Assembly: GCA_002304995.1 (NCBI GenBank) | Contig: DBPV01000044.1 | Span: forward strand, 10,072 to 74,071 | Origin: Syntrophaceae bacterium UBA1411 | GTDB lineage: Bacteria; Desulfobacterota; Syntrophia; Syntrophales; Smithellaceae | Direction: 5' to 3' | Length of the DNA: 64,000 nucleotides | Shown: positions 35,411-46,230 of the stretch, one piece after another | Layout: each line of letters opens with the position of its first letter | How positions within the stretch are numbered: position 1 is the first letter of the stretch | Position numbers and translations under genes: made by a program | The notes under the pieces: model-generated | What the model was told of the DNA's origin: nothing | The model's database searches: none | The model's input: only the letters and a program-made list of their open reading frames with translations

Positions 35411-36403
35411 ATGAATAAAAAACTCCTGATCGGCATAGGGATCGGATTAATTCTGGTCTGGTTTTCCGTCCGGGGAATCGATTTTCAGCAGACCCTGCTC
35501 CAGCTGAAAAACGTTTCACTGGGCTGGGCGGCCCTGTCTTTGCTGTTCATCGTCCTCATGCAGGCGCTCCGGTCCTATCGCTGGGGCGTCATGCTGGAAC
35601 CGATGGAAAAAATTCCCCAGATGACGCTCTTCGCGGTCACCAGCGTCGGATTTCTGGCCATCGCCGCCATTCCGGCCCGCATCGGCGAACTGGCCCGGCC
35701 TTACCTGATTGCGAAAAAAAGCTCCATCAAGATGTCCTCGGCGCTGGGCACGGTCGTCGTGGAGCGCGTGCTGGACAGCCTCGCAGTCCTGACCGTCACC
35801 GTCGTCGTCATTTTTTTCCAGGACCTGCCCGGCTGGATGATCAAATCGGGCATCCTCTTTTTCATCCTCACGCTCGCCATGATCGCCTTTGTCGTCGGCT
35901 TGGTCTGGCAGAGACAGTCCGCCGTCGCCGTCATCAACCGGATTCTGCGGCGGGTGCCCGGCCGTCTGGGAGAAAAAGTCAACAGCGTCATCCATCACTT
36001 CATCGACGGTTTCCAGGTCATCACCGACGTCCGGAGGCTCCTGTACCTGCTGTTTTTATCCGCCGTGGTCTGGCTCATCGACGTCGCCGCCATTTACGCC
36101 CTGCTTGCCGCGTTCGGTTTCCATCTGCCTGTCCTGGCGGCCTTTGTGGTCATGGTCATTCTCATCGCGGGCATCGCCATTCCCACCGCGCCCGGTTTCA
36201 TCGGCAACTGGCATTACGCCTGCATCCTGGGATTGAGCCTGTTTGGCATCGCCAAACCGCAGGCTTTCTCCTTTGCCCTGGTTTATCACTTTCTGTCGAT
36301 GCTGGTTGTCCTCGTGCTGGGCCTGGGATTTCTGCCCTTCAACAAGTTCTCTCTCGCGGATATGACAAAGCAGATGAAGAAACCGGAAACGGAAGCACAC
36401 TAG
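35411..36403 (+). CDS. flippase-like / lysylphosphatidylglycerol-synthase TM-region family membrane protein (UPF0104)
   Basis: Eight hydrophobic segments and the early LRSYRWGVML motif typical of this family. Confidence 0.75.
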   Translation: MNKKLLIGIGIGLILVWFSVRGIDFQQTLLQLKNVSLGWAALSLLFIVLMQALRSYRWGVMLEPMEKIPQMTLFAVTSVGFLAIAAIPARIGELARPYLIAKKSSIKMSSALGTVVVERVLDSLAVLTVTVVVIFFQDLPGWMIKSGILFFILTLAMIAFVVGLVWQRQSAVAVINRILRRVPGRLGEKVNSVIHHFIDGFQVITDVRRLLYLLFLSAVVWLIDVAAIYALLAAFGFHLPVLAAFVVMVILIAGIAIPTAPGFIGNWHYACILGLSLFGIAKPQAFSFALVYHFLSMLVVLVLGLGFLPFNKFSLADMTKQMKKPETEAH

Positions 36404-36424
36404 GGAACGGTCGCGACCGTTCCC
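36403..36424. terminator. perfect 22-nt palindrome between convergent genes (bidirectional terminator candidate)
   Basis: GGGAACGGTCG / CGACCGTTCCC, overlapping the stop of the upstream gene. Confidence 0.6.
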
Positions 36425-36430
36425 TGCCTT

Positions 36431-37801
36431 TCAGTTCTGATCTTTCGTCACGACTTTCAGGGATTTGAGTTTCTTGTGCAGATTGCTGCGCTCCAGACCG
36501 ATGGCTTCGGCGGTCCGCGAAATGTTGCCGTCGAACTCCTCGAGCTTTTTGATGATGAACTGCCGCTCGAAGTCCAGCCGCGCGTCGCGCAGGGAATCGG
36601 TGACCTGGGCCGGCTCCGGCGCCGCGGCGGCCGAGTCGGATCTCAGGCTGAGTTCCGGAAGATCATCCGCCCGAATCTCGTTGGAGGGCGTCAGAATGAT
36701 CAGCCGTTCGACGATGTTTTTCAGTTCCCGAACGTTGCCCGGCCAGTCGTGCCCCATGAGCTTCTGGAGAGCGCCGTCGCTCACCGTTTTGAGCGGTTGG
36801 CCTTCCTTGGCGGCAAAATCCTTCAGAAACCGCTCCACGAGAAACGGGATATCCTCCTTGCGCTCCCGAAGCGGGGGCACCCTCAGCGGAATGACGTGAA
36901 GGCGGTAATACAGATCCTGGCGGAACCGTCCCGCTTCCATTTCTTTTTCCAGATCCTTGTTGGTCGCGGCCAGCACCCGCACGTCCATGTCGATCACCTT
37001 GTTGCCGCCGACCCGCTCGAACTTCTTTTCCTGCAGAATGCGCAAAATCTTCGCCTGCGCCTTGAGGCTCATGTCCGCCACTTCATCGAGGAAAATGGTT
37101 CCCTCGTGGGCCAGATCGAATTTGCCGCGCTTCTTTTCGGTGGCGCCCGTAAAGGCGCCTTTCTCGTGGCCAAACAGTTCGCTTTCAATCAGCTCCTCGG
37201 GAATCGCCGCGCAGTTGACTTCCACGATCGGCTTGTGGGACCGGCGGCTCAGGTGGTGAATGGAGCGCGCCACCAGCTCCTTGCCCGTTCCGTTTTCGCC
37301 CATGATCAGGATCCAGGCGTTTGTCGGCGCGACAATGCCGATCATTTCCTTGAGTTCGGTGATCGCCGAACTGCTGCCGGTCAACTCGAACTGGTGGGAC
37401 ACTTTCTGCTTGAGCAGAATGTTTTCCTCCTCCAGGCGGACCACGTTGAGCGCGTTGCTGACCAGAATGATGACTTTGTCGAGCGACAGGGGTTTCTCGA
37501 TGAAGTCGAAGGCGCCGAGCTTTGTCGCCTTGACCGCCGTTTCGATGGTGCCGTGGCCCGACATCATGATGATCAGCACGTTCGGATGGGCGGCGTGGAC
37601 GGCCTTGAGCGTTTCCAGTCCGTCGATGCCGGGAAGCCAGATATCCAGGAGCACCAGCTGCGGCATTTCTTCGGCCACGATTTTGATCGCCTCTTCGCCG
37701 CTCGACGCCGTCAGCACCTGGTAGCCTTCGTCTTCCAGGATCGCCTTCAGCGACTGGCAAATTGCGATTTCGTCGTCGACGACAAGAATGGTTTCGTTCA
37801 T
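36431..37801 (-). CDS. sigma-54-dependent response regulator (NtrC/NtrX/AtoC family)
   Basis: Receiver (ILVVDDE, LVLLDIWLPG), AAA+ (GENGTGKE, GAFTGA, ESELFGHEKGAFTGA region), and a C-terminal Fis-type HTH. Confidence 0.9.
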   Translation of the reverse strand: MNETILVVDDEIAICQSLKAILEDEGYQVLTASSGEEAIKIVAEEMPQLVLLDIWLPGIDGLETLKAVHAAHPNVLIIMMSGHGTIETAVKATKLGAFDFIEKPLSLDKVIILVSNALNVVRLEEENILLKQKVSHQFELTGSSSAITELKEMIGIVAPTNAWILIMGENGTGKELVARSIHHLSRRSHKPIVEVNCAAIPEELIESELFGHEKGAFTGATEKKRGKFDLAHEGTIFLDEVADMSLKAQAKILRILQEKKFERVGGNKVIDMDVRVLAATNKDLEKEMEAGRFRQDLYYRLHVIPLRVPPLRERKEDIPFLVERFLKDFAAKEGQPLKTVSDGALQKLMGHDWPGNVRELKNIVERLIILTPSNEIRADDLPELSLRSDSAAAAPEPAQVTDSLRDARLDFERQFIIKKLEEFDGNISRTAEAIGLERSNLHKKLKSLKVVTKDQN

Positions 37802-37836
37802 AAACCTCTGCTTTACCTCACTCGATTATTTATAAA

Positions 37837-40059
37837 TTAAACTTCCTGAACGGGCAACTGAAAAGATACGATCGTTCCCGTCGGATAGTTGTCATTGATG
37901 CTGACCTGTCCCTTGTGATCCGAAATGATCGAGCTGACAATCGCGAGCCCCAGTCCCGTTCCCGCTTTCTTGGTCGAAAAATACGGCTCGAAGACTTTTC
38001 GTTTATAGCTGGACGGCACGCCGGCGCCGTCGTCGGCGACCGCCACGGTCACCTTCCGGTGCGCCTCGTCGTAGCGGATGATGACGCCGATATGGCCGTC
38101 TTTCCGGTTGATGGACGCGACGGCGTTGTCCAGCAGGTTGACCATCACGCGGTTGATCTGCTCGGCGTCCAGGTTGAAGCGGGGCAGATTTTCCGCCGGG
38201 CTGAATTCAAAAGCGATGTCCTTGTGCGCATCCACAAACAGCGTCACCGCCTCGGCCACCACGGCGTTGAGATCGTTGGGCGCGAGCGTCGTCACGGGCA
38301 TGCGGGCGTAGCGCGAAAACTCGTTGACCAGATTCTTCAGCACTTCCACCTGGTCGATGATGGTCTGCGTGCATTCGCGGAAAACCGACCCCTCCTCGCC
38401 CAGCTTGTCGCCGTACTTGCGCTGCAGACGCTGGGCGGACAGCTGCACGGGCGTGAGCGGATTCTTGATTTCGTGAGCCATGCGCCGGGCCACTTCGCGC
38501 CAGGCCGCGGCGCGCTCCGCCTTCTGCAGCTCGGTCAGGTCTTCGAACACGACGACGATGCCGGAGTCGTTGCCTTCTTCATCCTCGATGGTCGTGAGCG
38601 TGAGCAGAACGGTCAGCGCCTTTTCCTGGAGCATGAATTCCAGCTGCTTGACTAAAATGCGCTCGTTGTGTTCCTTCATTTCCTGCAGAAACGAATCCAC
38701 CAGGGCCAGGTGTTCCTCGTGCAAAAGCTCCCGGTAGTCGCGGGAAAGATACGGGGCGGCGTCGATTCCGAACATCGCCTCGGCCGCGCGGTTGATGGTG
38801 GTGATCATGCCGTTTTTATCCACGGAGATGACGCCGGCGGACACGTTGCGCAAAACAGCCGCCATATATTTGCGGCGCTCTTCCAGGGAAATATTGGCTT
38901 CAATGAGGCCGGCCTTGCTCTTCTGCAAATCGTCCGTCATGGAATTGAAGGATTTGACCAGGATGCCGATTTCATCGTCCGCCTCGATCCGGATGCGGCT
39001 GTCCAGATCGCCCTGGGTGATCCGGTTCGTCGCCGAGACCAGATCCTGAATCGGGTTGGTGATGCTCGTGGACAGAGACAATCCGAACCACGTCGCGAGG
39101 AAGATGATCACCAGCGTCACGATCGACAGCGTCAACAGATAGGTCATCTTGATCGGGTTTTTCAAGAGCTTGATTTGCCCGTACTGTTCGGACGCGTTGG
39201 CGATATCGCGCAGCTTGTCCACAAATCCCTGAGGAACGACATAGCTCACGGCGACCCGCCCGATGACTTCCGTCCCGACGGCGTAAGAGAAGACCGGTGC
39301 GACGCCGACCATCACTTCTCCGAAGGCGGTCGGACTGACCGTGGCCACTTCCTTGCCGGAATAGATATCTTCCAGCATTTTCGGAGAAAGCGCAACGGGG
39401 TTCAGCGGCGGAAAGCTGTCGTCGGCAAACACGAGATTCTCACCCTTGAAATCGAAGTAGGCTTCGATCCGGGCGTTTTTCAGATTCTTCTGGCGCTGGG
39501 TGAGAAAACGGGCCAGATACTCCGCCATCTCGGTCTCATAAAGGCGGTTTTTGGTGATATCCGCGCTGATCTGGCGCGCGTTGAACTTGGCCAGATCCTC
39601 GCCCTGCGTGTAATACACCTGGGCCACTTCCAAAGACCGGCCGAGCGCGTCGCCGATTTTGATGTTGAACCACAACTCGATGGAGTACGAAAGAAAATTG
39701 ATCGCAAACAAAAAAAGCAGGATGGTCGGCACGAGCGACAAGCCGACAAACGCGGCCACCAGCTTGGTGCGCAGCCTGGAGCCGATAATGCCTTTGCGCC
39801 GCTCCGAAAACAGCTTGAAGACGTTGCGCACGATCAGAAAGATCAAAAGCAGAATGAGGATGATGTCGATGCTGGTCAGGCCGTAAACCAGAATGTTGGC
39901 CGAGATCGGCAGCTCCTTGCGGGAGGACAGCTGACTGGCCACGATGGTAAAGACGATGGCCAGAAAGCCGACCACCAGCATGATGATGCGTTCGCGGCGG
40001 CGTTTCCTCAATTCCCTCTCGTCGAGGTAGGCTTTGCGTGATCTTCTTTTAAGCTTCAT
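37837..40059 (-). CDS. NtrY-like sensor histidine kinase (TM, HAMP, PAS, HisKA, HATPase)
   Basis: Four N-terminal TM segments, a HAMP region, a PAS region, H-box MAHEIKNPLTP, then NLLDNA, DDGAGV, GTGLGLA. ATG at 40059 (MKLKRR) is preferred over GTG at 40080. Confidence 0.85.
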   Translation of the reverse strand: MKLKRRSRKAYLDERELRKRRRERIIMLVVGFLAIVFTIVASQLSSRKELPISANILVYGLTSIDIILILLLIFLIVRNVFKLFSERRKGIIGSRLRTKLVAAFVGLSLVPTILLFLFAINFLSYSIELWFNIKIGDALGRSLEVAQVYYTQGEDLAKFNARQISADITKNRLYETEMAEYLARFLTQRQKNLKNARIEAYFDFKGENLVFADDSFPPLNPVALSPKMLEDIYSGKEVATVSPTAFGEVMVGVAPVFSYAVGTEVIGRVAVSYVVPQGFVDKLRDIANASEQYGQIKLLKNPIKMTYLLTLSIVTLVIIFLATWFGLSLSTSITNPIQDLVSATNRITQGDLDSRIRIEADDEIGILVKSFNSMTDDLQKSKAGLIEANISLEERRKYMAAVLRNVSAGVISVDKNGMITTINRAAEAMFGIDAAPYLSRDYRELLHEEHLALVDSFLQEMKEHNERILVKQLEFMLQEKALTVLLTLTTIEDEEGNDSGIVVVFEDLTELQKAERAAAWREVARRMAHEIKNPLTPVQLSAQRLQRKYGDKLGEEGSVFRECTQTIIDQVEVLKNLVNEFSRYARMPVTTLAPNDLNAVVAEAVTLFVDAHKDIAFEFSPAENLPRFNLDAEQINRVMVNLLDNAVASINRKDGHIGVIIRYDEAHRKVTVAVADDGAGVPSSYKRKVFEPYFSTKKAGTGLGLAIVSSIISDHKGQVSINDNYPTGTIVSFQLPVQEV

Positions 40060-40091
40060 CGGCAACTTTCCGGCGGACACGGAGAAGGCGT

Positions 40092-40676
40092 TTAATGCGA
40101 AAATCGGATCTTGTACAGCGGCGTCTCAAAATCCCACAGCGAGACGAAGAACAGAACGTATTCCATGCTGAGCGGCAGCCGCACCTTGTCCATTTTTACG
40201 CGGACTTCGACATAGTAGTTGCTCCCCCGCATCAGGGAGGAAATCGGAATCACGATAATGCCGCTCAGATCCGCCATTGCTTTTTGCGCGCTTTCGAAAT
40301 CCGGGAGAACGACCGGCTGCGCCATGCCGTTGGTGGTGATGGAAAAGGTTTTTTTCAGATTGTCATACTTGATGGTGCGCTTGATTTCCTTGCCGACGAT
40401 GTGCCTGTCCCAGACATAGGAACGCTCCCGGTAAACGTCCAGGTACAGCGTAAACACGGCGGGAACGCCGGCCAGAATGGCGGATTCCGTTTCCTTCTTG
40501 AAACAGTCCACGAGCCGCGCGTATAAAAGGACGTTTTGTGTATTGCTGGTAATGAGCAGGTCCACTATCCTGGGATTCATATCTGCTTTCGCCGCTGCCG
40601 GCGCGGGAACCATTACCGCCGCGATGAACAACACTGTGCACAGGACCCTGCCCCCGAAACCGAAACGATTTTTCAT
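40092..40676 (-). CDS. DUF4390-like secreted protein commonly paired with NtrY/NtrX
   Basis: Signal peptide, then the LYARLVDCF...FTLYLDVY...YYVEVRV beta-rich pattern. Lies immediately upstream of the kinase on the same strand. Confidence 0.7.
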   Translation of the reverse strand: MKNRFGFGGRVLCTVLFIAAVMVPAPAAAKADMNPRIVDLLITSNTQNVLLYARLVDCFKKETESAILAGVPAVFTLYLDVYRERSYVWDRHIVGKEIKRTIKYDNLKKTFSITTNGMAQPVVLPDFESAQKAMADLSGIIVIPISSLMRGSNYYVEVRVKMDKVRLPLSMEYVLFFVSLWDFETPLYKIRFSH

Positions 40677-40898
40677 ATCTGTTTTCTTCCTTGGAAATTC
40701 GGGTCGGCTGCCCTACGGCACCGTCTTGCGCAATCCGCGGATCACACGCATCCGGCCTTAGTCTTTCCCCGCGAGGAGAAACGCCGGAAAGACGCCCGCG
40801 TCGCCGCCCGATGTTTTAAGGCGGCATCTTAGGTAACCCGGTGATAAAAATCAAGGTTAATTTGGGAGACCTTCAAGGGACGGAAATACCGCAAACTT

Positions 40899-41828
40899 TT
40901 ACAGTTGCGCGGCATCCAGAATGGTGAAGGACGGAATCTTGCAGGACATGGCCCGGGCGGACGAGGCCGAATCGTCGTCCGAGAGAATTTCCCAGGCGTT
41001 TTCGTGCCGCATCAGCTCGCGAAGCAGAAGATTGTTGAGCCGGTGGCCGGATTTGCAGGCCACGAAATGCCCGATAATCGGCATGCCCAGCAAAAACAAG
41101 TCGCCGATCGCGTCGAGGATCTTGTGCCGGACGAATTCATCGGGCATGCGCAGTCCTTCTTTGTTGATGATTTTTTCTTCGTCGAGAATGATCACGTTGT
41201 CGAGCGACCCGCCGAGCCCCAGTCCCTTGGCCTGCAGAAATTCGACTTCCCTCAGGAATCCGAACGTGCGCGCCCGGCAAATGCCGTCTTCATAGTTGTG
41301 GTCGGAAAAAACAACGCTGTACGCCTGTTTGCCGATCGACCGATGGGCGAAATCGATCTCGTAGGTAATCTTGAACTCGTCGGACGGAAGCAGCATGGCG
41401 CTCCCCTCTCCCTCTTTCACGGAAACCGGCTTTGTGACGAGCAGCATCTTTTTCGACTTCCCCTGGGGCCGCGTTCCGGCTTCCTTGAGCATGCGGACGA
41501 AAGGCTGCGCACTGCCGTCCATGATGGGCACTTCAAAAGAATCGAGTTCAACGACGGCGTTATCCAGCCCCATGCCGCTGAAGGCCGACAGGATATGCTC
41601 TACCGTGGAAACGGTCACGCCGTCGTGGCACAGAGACGTCGCAAGCGTCGTGTCGCAAACGTTTTCGTAGTCGGCGGGAATCGGTGCGGCATTCGGCAGG
41701 TCCTTGCGGACAAAAAGTACGCCGGTATCCACCGGAGCGGGTTTTATCGTCATTTTAACCTTGCGACCGGTGTGCAATCCGATGCTGGTGCAGGTAATTT
41801 CCTTTTTTAATGTGCGTTGCAAATGCAT
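40899..41828 (-). CDS. lpxC: UDP-3-O-acyl-N-acetylglucosamine deacetylase
   Basis: GLHTGR, TVEHILSA, ARTFGF, HKILDAIGDL. ATG at 41828 follows AAGGGTG. Confidence 0.95.
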   Translation of the reverse strand: MHLQRTLKKEITCTSIGLHTGRKVKMTIKPAPVDTGVLFVRKDLPNAAPIPADYENVCDTTLATSLCHDGVTVSTVEHILSAFSGMGLDNAVVELDSFEVPIMDGSAQPFVRMLKEAGTRPQGKSKKMLLVTKPVSVKEGEGSAMLLPSDEFKITYEIDFAHRSIGKQAYSVVFSDHNYEDGICRARTFGFLREVEFLQAKGLGLGGSLDNVIILDEEKIINKEGLRMPDEFVRHKILDAIGDLFLLGMPIIGHFVACKSGHRLNNLLLRELMRHENAWEILSDDDSASSARAMSCKIPSFTILDAAQL

Positions 41829-42114
41829 AGTCACCCTTAATCAATCATCTGTCGCTTTTTTTGAGCAAAATCCATACCAGATGCCGGAAAAGAGCATAAA
41901 TCGGGAAAATCTTTGTATTTATTTGATTTTTTAAGAATGGTCCGATTTATCACCGGATTTCAACAGGCTTGATTGTGTTTAAAACAACACACGGACTTCC
42001 TCGTAAAACCACGGTTCCGGGCAGGAGACTTCCTTGTAATATCGATCCTTTTCGCTCTGAATTCAGCTGTTATCCTGTTGATGGATACAGGGATTTCTAA
42101 AGCGCTGCGCAAGA

Positions 42115-43143
42115 TTAAAACAATTCCTTTTGCGCGCCGGATGCCGCAAGTCCGAAATGCTGGTAGGCTCTGGCGCAGGCCATCCGCCCCCGCGCGGTTC
42201 TCTGCAGGTAGCCCTCCTGAATCAGGTAAGGCTCGTAAACATCCTCGATCGTGACCCGCTCCTCGCCGATGGCCGCCGCGAGACTTTCCACGCCGACCGG
42301 GCCGCCGTTGAATTTTTCAATCAGTGTCAGAAGCAGCTTGCGGTCCATTTGATCGAATCCCTTGGAATCGACCTCGAACGCGTCCAGCGCCGCGCGGGCG
42401 ATTGCCCCGTCAATGGTCCCGTCGCCTTTCACCTCCGCGAAATCGCGGACGCGCTTGAGCAGACGGTTGGCGATCCGCGGCGTCCCGCGCGCGCGATGGG
42501 CCAGCTCCGCCGCTCCGTCCGCCGTCAGACTCACGCCCAGGATCGAGGCGGAGCGGGCAAGAATCACGGCCAGCTCCTGCGGCGAATAGAATTCCAGGCG
42601 GAAGTGCATGCCGAAGCGGTCGCGCAGCGGCGAGGTAAGCGACCCGGCGCGGGTCGTCGCGCCCACCAGTGTAAATTTCGGAATGTCGAGCTTCATCGAG
42701 CGGGCCGACGGCCCCTGCCCGATCAGAATATCGATATGGAAATCCTCCATGGCCGGATAGAGAATTTCTTCGACGACGTGCGAGAGGCGGTGAATCTCGT
42801 CGATGAACAGCACCTCGTGCTCGTGCAGGTTCGTGAGAATCGCCGCCAGATCGCCGGGGCGTTCGATGACGGGACCCGACGTGACCTTGATGTCCACGCC
42901 CAGTTCCCGGGCGATGATATAGGCCAGCGTGGTCTTGCCCAGACCCGGCGGACCGTACAGAAGCACATGGTCGAGCGACTCGCGCCGCTTGCGGGCGGCC
43001 GCGATGAAGATCGACAGATTGCTTTTGACCTTATCCTGGCCGACATAATCGGCGAGCTTCGGCGGGCGCAGCGTGTTTTCCAGCATGCCTTCGTCTTCGG
43101 CGCAAACCGGATTGATCAGCGGATTTTTTCCATGAAGGTCCAT
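42115..43143 (-). CDS. ruvB: Holliday junction helicase RuvB
   Basis: [40 protein letters not shown]. Confidence 0.95.
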   Translation of the reverse strand: MDLHGKNPLINPVCAEDEGMLENTLRPPKLADYVGQDKVKSNLSIFIAAARKRRESLDHVLLYGPPGLGKTTLAYIIARELGVDIKVTSGPVIERPGDLAAILTNLHEHEVLFIDEIHRLSHVVEEILYPAMEDFHIDILIGQGPSARSMKLDIPKFTLVGATTRAGSLTSPLRDRFGMHFRLEFYSPQELAVILARSASILGVSLTADGAAELAHRARGTPRIANRLLKRVRDFAEVKGDGTIDGAIARAALDAFEVDSKGFDQMDRKLLLTLIEKFNGGPVGVESLAAAIGEERVTIEDVYEPYLIQEGYLQRTARGRMACARAYQHFGLAASGAQKELF

Positions 43144-43169
43144 CGTTTTTTACCTGCACCCGGCCGCCA

Positions 43170-43778
43170 TCAGCCCGCGAGAATTTTCAACGCTTTTTTC
43201 AGGAGCTGGTCCATCGCCGGATCGTTTTCGGCGTCGCGGACAACCTTGTCCAGAGCGTCCCGGGCCGCATTGGCCTTATACCCCAAATTGACCAGAGCGG
43301 AAAGAACATCTTCGCGCAGCGCGTCGCTCTCTTTGCGCCTGGCGTCGGCGCCCGCTCCTGCGTCCGCCGCCATTTTCTTGGCCACTTTCTCCTTCAGCTC
43401 CAGAATCAACCGTTCGGCCATTTTCCGGCCGATGCCGGGAATGGCCACGAGCCGGGTTAAATTGCCGCCCGAAATCGCTTCCAGAAGCTCATCCGACGAA
43501 ATGCCCGACAGGATATTCATGGCGACTTTCGGACCGATGCCGCTCACGGAAATCATCATCTGAAACAAATCGCGTTCCTGCAGCGTGTAAAAACCGAACA
43601 GGTTGATGGCGTCCTCCTTGACGGAGGTGTGAATATGCAGCGTCACCGCTTCGCCGGTTTCGGGCAGTTCGTAAAACGTCGTGAGCGGAATGAAGACCCG
43701 ATAGCCGACGCCCTGCGCATCCACAACCACGTGGGAAATGCCTTTGTAGGCAATTTTGCCGGAAAGCAAAGCGATCAT
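43170..43778 (-). CDS. ruvA: Holliday junction DNA-binding protein RuvA
   Basis: MIALLSGKI, GVGYRV, VSGIGPKVA, IPGIGRKMAERL. Confidence 0.95.
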   Translation of the reverse strand: MIALLSGKIAYKGISHVVVDAQGVGYRVFIPLTTFYELPETGEAVTLHIHTSVKEDAINLFGFYTLQERDLFQMMISVSGIGPKVAMNILSGISSDELLEAISGGNLTRLVAIPGIGRKMAERLILELKEKVAKKMAADAGAGADARRKESDALREDVLSALVNLGYKANAARDALDKVVRDAENDPAMDQLLKKALKILAG

Positions 43779-43779
43779 C

Positions 43780-44259
43780 TTAAACGGTCTGCTCCTTCTG
43801 GAAGTTGGCCTGGCAGATGGCGGCGGCCAGGGCGTCCGCCGCGTCCGCCGGTGGAATCGCCTCGAGCTTCAGGATCGCCTTCACCATCGTCTGCACCTGC
43901 CGTTTTTCGGCCCGCCCGTACCCGACCACCGCTTTTTTGATCTCCAGCGGCGAATATTCGTACACCGGCAGTCCCCGGTCGGCGCAGGCGTAGATGACCA
44001 CGCCCCGGACCTGGGCCTGGCGGATCAGACTGCGCACATTTTTACCGTAAAAGATATTTTCCAGAGCGACCGCCTGCGGATGCGCTTCGGCAATCACGGC
44101 GCCGAGCCGGCGGAAAATATCCGCCAGCACTTCGGACAGGAGGGAATCTTTCCGGGGTTTGATCTCTCCGTGAACGACATGACGCAGGTAATTGCCGTTT
44201 TTGTCAATCACGCCGTAGCCGGTCACATGAGAACCGGGATCGATGCCTAGGATTCGCAA
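43780..44259 (-). CDS. ruvC: crossover junction endodeoxyribonuclease RuvC
   Basis: MRILGIDPGS, GYGVI, KKAVVGYGRAEKRQVQ, ADALAAAIC. Confidence 0.95.
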   Translation of the reverse strand: MRILGIDPGSHVTGYGVIDKNGNYLRHVVHGEIKPRKDSLLSEVLADIFRRLGAVIAEAHPQAVALENIFYGKNVRSLIRQAQVRGVVIYACADRGLPVYEYSPLEIKKAVVGYGRAEKRQVQTMVKAILKLEAIPPADAADALAAAICQANFQKEQTV

Positions 44260-44292
44260 GTTTTTTACTTTCGCCCGTTGGTGTTTGCCGGT

Positions 44293-45042
44293 CTAGCTCA
44301 GTTTCTCCATCACGTCTTCATCGATATCGAAATTGGAATACACGTTTTGGACATCGTCGTTGTCTTCGAGCTTTTCCATCAGCTTGAGCATGGATTCGGC
44401 CTTGCCCGCCTCCAGTTTGACGGTGTTGGAAGGAATCAGGCTGATGCGCGCTTCCAGATGCTTAATGCCCTTGTCGTCAAGCGCTTTCTTGACCGCCTCA
44501 AAGGCCGCCGGCTCCGTGAGCACCTCATATTCTGATCCTTCCGTTTTGACGTCCTCTGCGCCGGCGTCGAGCGCCAGCTCCATCAGCGTGTCTTCGTCAA
44601 CCGCTTTTTTGTCGATGACGATGCTGCCTTTCTTGGCGAACATCCAGGCCACGCAGCCGTTTTCACCAAGATTGCCGCCGTGCTTGGAAAAGATGTGGCG
44701 GATTTCCGCCACGGTCCGGTTTTTGTTGTCCGTCATGATTTCCACGATCACCGCCGCTCCGCCGGGGCCGTACCCTTCGTAGGTGTACTCTTCATAATTG
44801 GCCGCGCCGTCGCCGCCGCCGGCGCCCTTCTTGATCGCCCGTTCGATGTTGTCCTTGGGCATGTTTTCTTCCTTGGCCGCCATGACCGCCTGCCTCAAGC
44901 GGGCATTGCCTTCAATATCGCCGCCACCCAGGCGCGCCGCCAGCGTGATTTCCTTGATGATTTTGGTGAATATTTTACCGCGTTTGGCGTCAATCGCCCC
45001 TTTTTTCCTTTTAATGGTGCTCCATTTGGAATGGCCCGACAT
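44293..45042 (-). CDS. YebC/PmpR-family transcriptional regulator
   Basis: [27 protein letters not shown] is the diagnostic N-terminus. Confidence 0.95.
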   Translation of the reverse strand: MSGHSKWSTIKRKKGAIDAKRGKIFTKIIKEITLAARLGGGDIEGNARLRQAVMAAKEENMPKDNIERAIKKGAGGGDGAANYEEYTYEGYGPGGAAVIVEIMTDNKNRTVAEIRHIFSKHGGNLGENGCVAWMFAKKGSIVIDKKAVDEDTLMELALDAGAEDVKTEGSEYEVLTEPAAFEAVKKALDDKGIKHLEARISLIPSNTVKLEAGKAESMLKLMEKLEDNDDVQNVYSNFDIDEDVMEKLS

Positions 45043-45147
45043 ATGTTCTCTCCTGAAAAAAAGATAACTTGCATATTTTTTTGCCTTCTAGCATAAGGCG
45101 ATAAGCTTGTAAAGTTAATTACCTATTCAACCCGGAGGTTTTGATTC

Positions 45148-45567
45148 ATGAAGTCCTACCGCGAGGAATTGTGGTTCGATGTTCCCCGGCGCCGGGCGCT
45201 CATCAACATCACGGACAAGGTTGCCGCCGCGCTGAAAAAGAGCGGCATCCGCGAGGGCCTGGCCCTCGTCAACGCCATGCACATCACGGCTTCGGTTTTC
45301 ATCAACGACGACGAACCGGGGCTGCACGCGGACTACGAAGACTGGCTGGAGCGGCTGGCGCCGCACGAGCCGGTTTCCTTTTACCGGCACAACCGCACCG
45401 GCGAAGACAACGGCGACGCGCACCTGAAAAGGCAGATCATGGGACGGGAAGTCGTCGTCGCCGTGACGGGCGGCAAACTGGATTTCGGACCGTGGGAGCA
45501 GATTTTCTACGGCGAGTTCGACGGCGGGCGCAAAAAAAGAGTCCTGGTAAAAATCATCGGGGAGTGA
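45148..45567 (+). CDS. YjbQ-family (UPF0047) secondary thiamine-phosphate synthase-like protein
   Basis: [48 protein letters not shown]. Confidence 0.85.
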   Translation: MKSYREELWFDVPRRRALINITDKVAAALKKSGIREGLALVNAMHITASVFINDDEPGLHADYEDWLERLAPHEPVSFYRHNRTGEDNGDAHLKRQIMGREVVVAVTGGKLDFGPWEQIFYGEFDGGRKKRVLVKIIGE

Positions 45568-45627
45568 GAGCGGCAGCCTCCGCCCCCACCCGCCTGATCG
45601 GCGAAGCGGAAAACGACGCCGCGGTGT

Positions 45628-46053
45628 TTACGGATTTCCCTTCACGACGTTGGGAAGGTCTTTGGCGCCGAGATAAAAAACGACCATTTTCACCGGCACA
45701 TTCCCGAGGTTCACGCCGTTGTGGCGAAGCTTCATCACTTCGACAAACGCCTCCCCTTGCTTGAAATCGACTGTTTTGCCGCCTTCGACAGACACCCTGA
45801 TGCCGCCGGCCAGCACATAGGCGTAAACCGCTATCGGATGGCTGTGCCAGCCGGTTTCCGCGCCGGGGGCGATTTCGACGATCATCACGGTCACCTGCGG
45901 ACTGTCCAGGTCCACATAGTCGATGGGATCTCCGTTGCTCATTTTATCCGTCTGCAGAATCACTGTAGCCTTAGCGCCCGGGTTGTAATCCGCCGCTTCG
46001 CCCGCCAGGGGCCAAAGCAGCAGCAGCACCGCCATCCAGACGAATCGTTTCAT
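45628..46053 (-). CDS. secreted cupin-domain protein
   Basis: ATG at 46053 follows AAAGGGAGGAAG. Signal peptide MKRFVWMAVLLLLWPLAGEA. Cupin motif GAETGWHSHP...AYVLAGG. The longer track ORF has no support. Confidence 0.75.
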   Translation of the reverse strand: MKRFVWMAVLLLLWPLAGEAADYNPGAKATVILQTDKMSNGDPIDYVDLDSPQVTVMIVEIAPGAETGWHSHPIAVYAYVLAGGIRVSVEGGKTVDFKQGEAFVEVMKLRHNGVNLGNVPVKMVVFYLGAKDLPNVVKGNP

Positions 46054-46230
46054 TGTTGCTTCCTCCCTTTTCTGATCCATGTCTTTTAGGGCGGCCGCGG
46101 CCGCCGGCATTTTCTTCATACAGGCAAACAGACGCGTTTGCAAGCCGCCGATCGGCAATCTTTTTGCGGCATTGCATCGCCATGCCTCAGAATTAAAGAA
46201 ATTGGGCCATCCTGACGATAATAACGCATT

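Noticed and set aside
40677-40898. A sigma-54 (GG-N10-GC) promoter for the DUF4390-ntrY-ntrX operon. I also looked in other intergenic regions.
   Set aside because: No TGGCAC-N5-TTGC-like match was found by eye in the regions inspected. A computational scan would be needed before claiming presence or absence.
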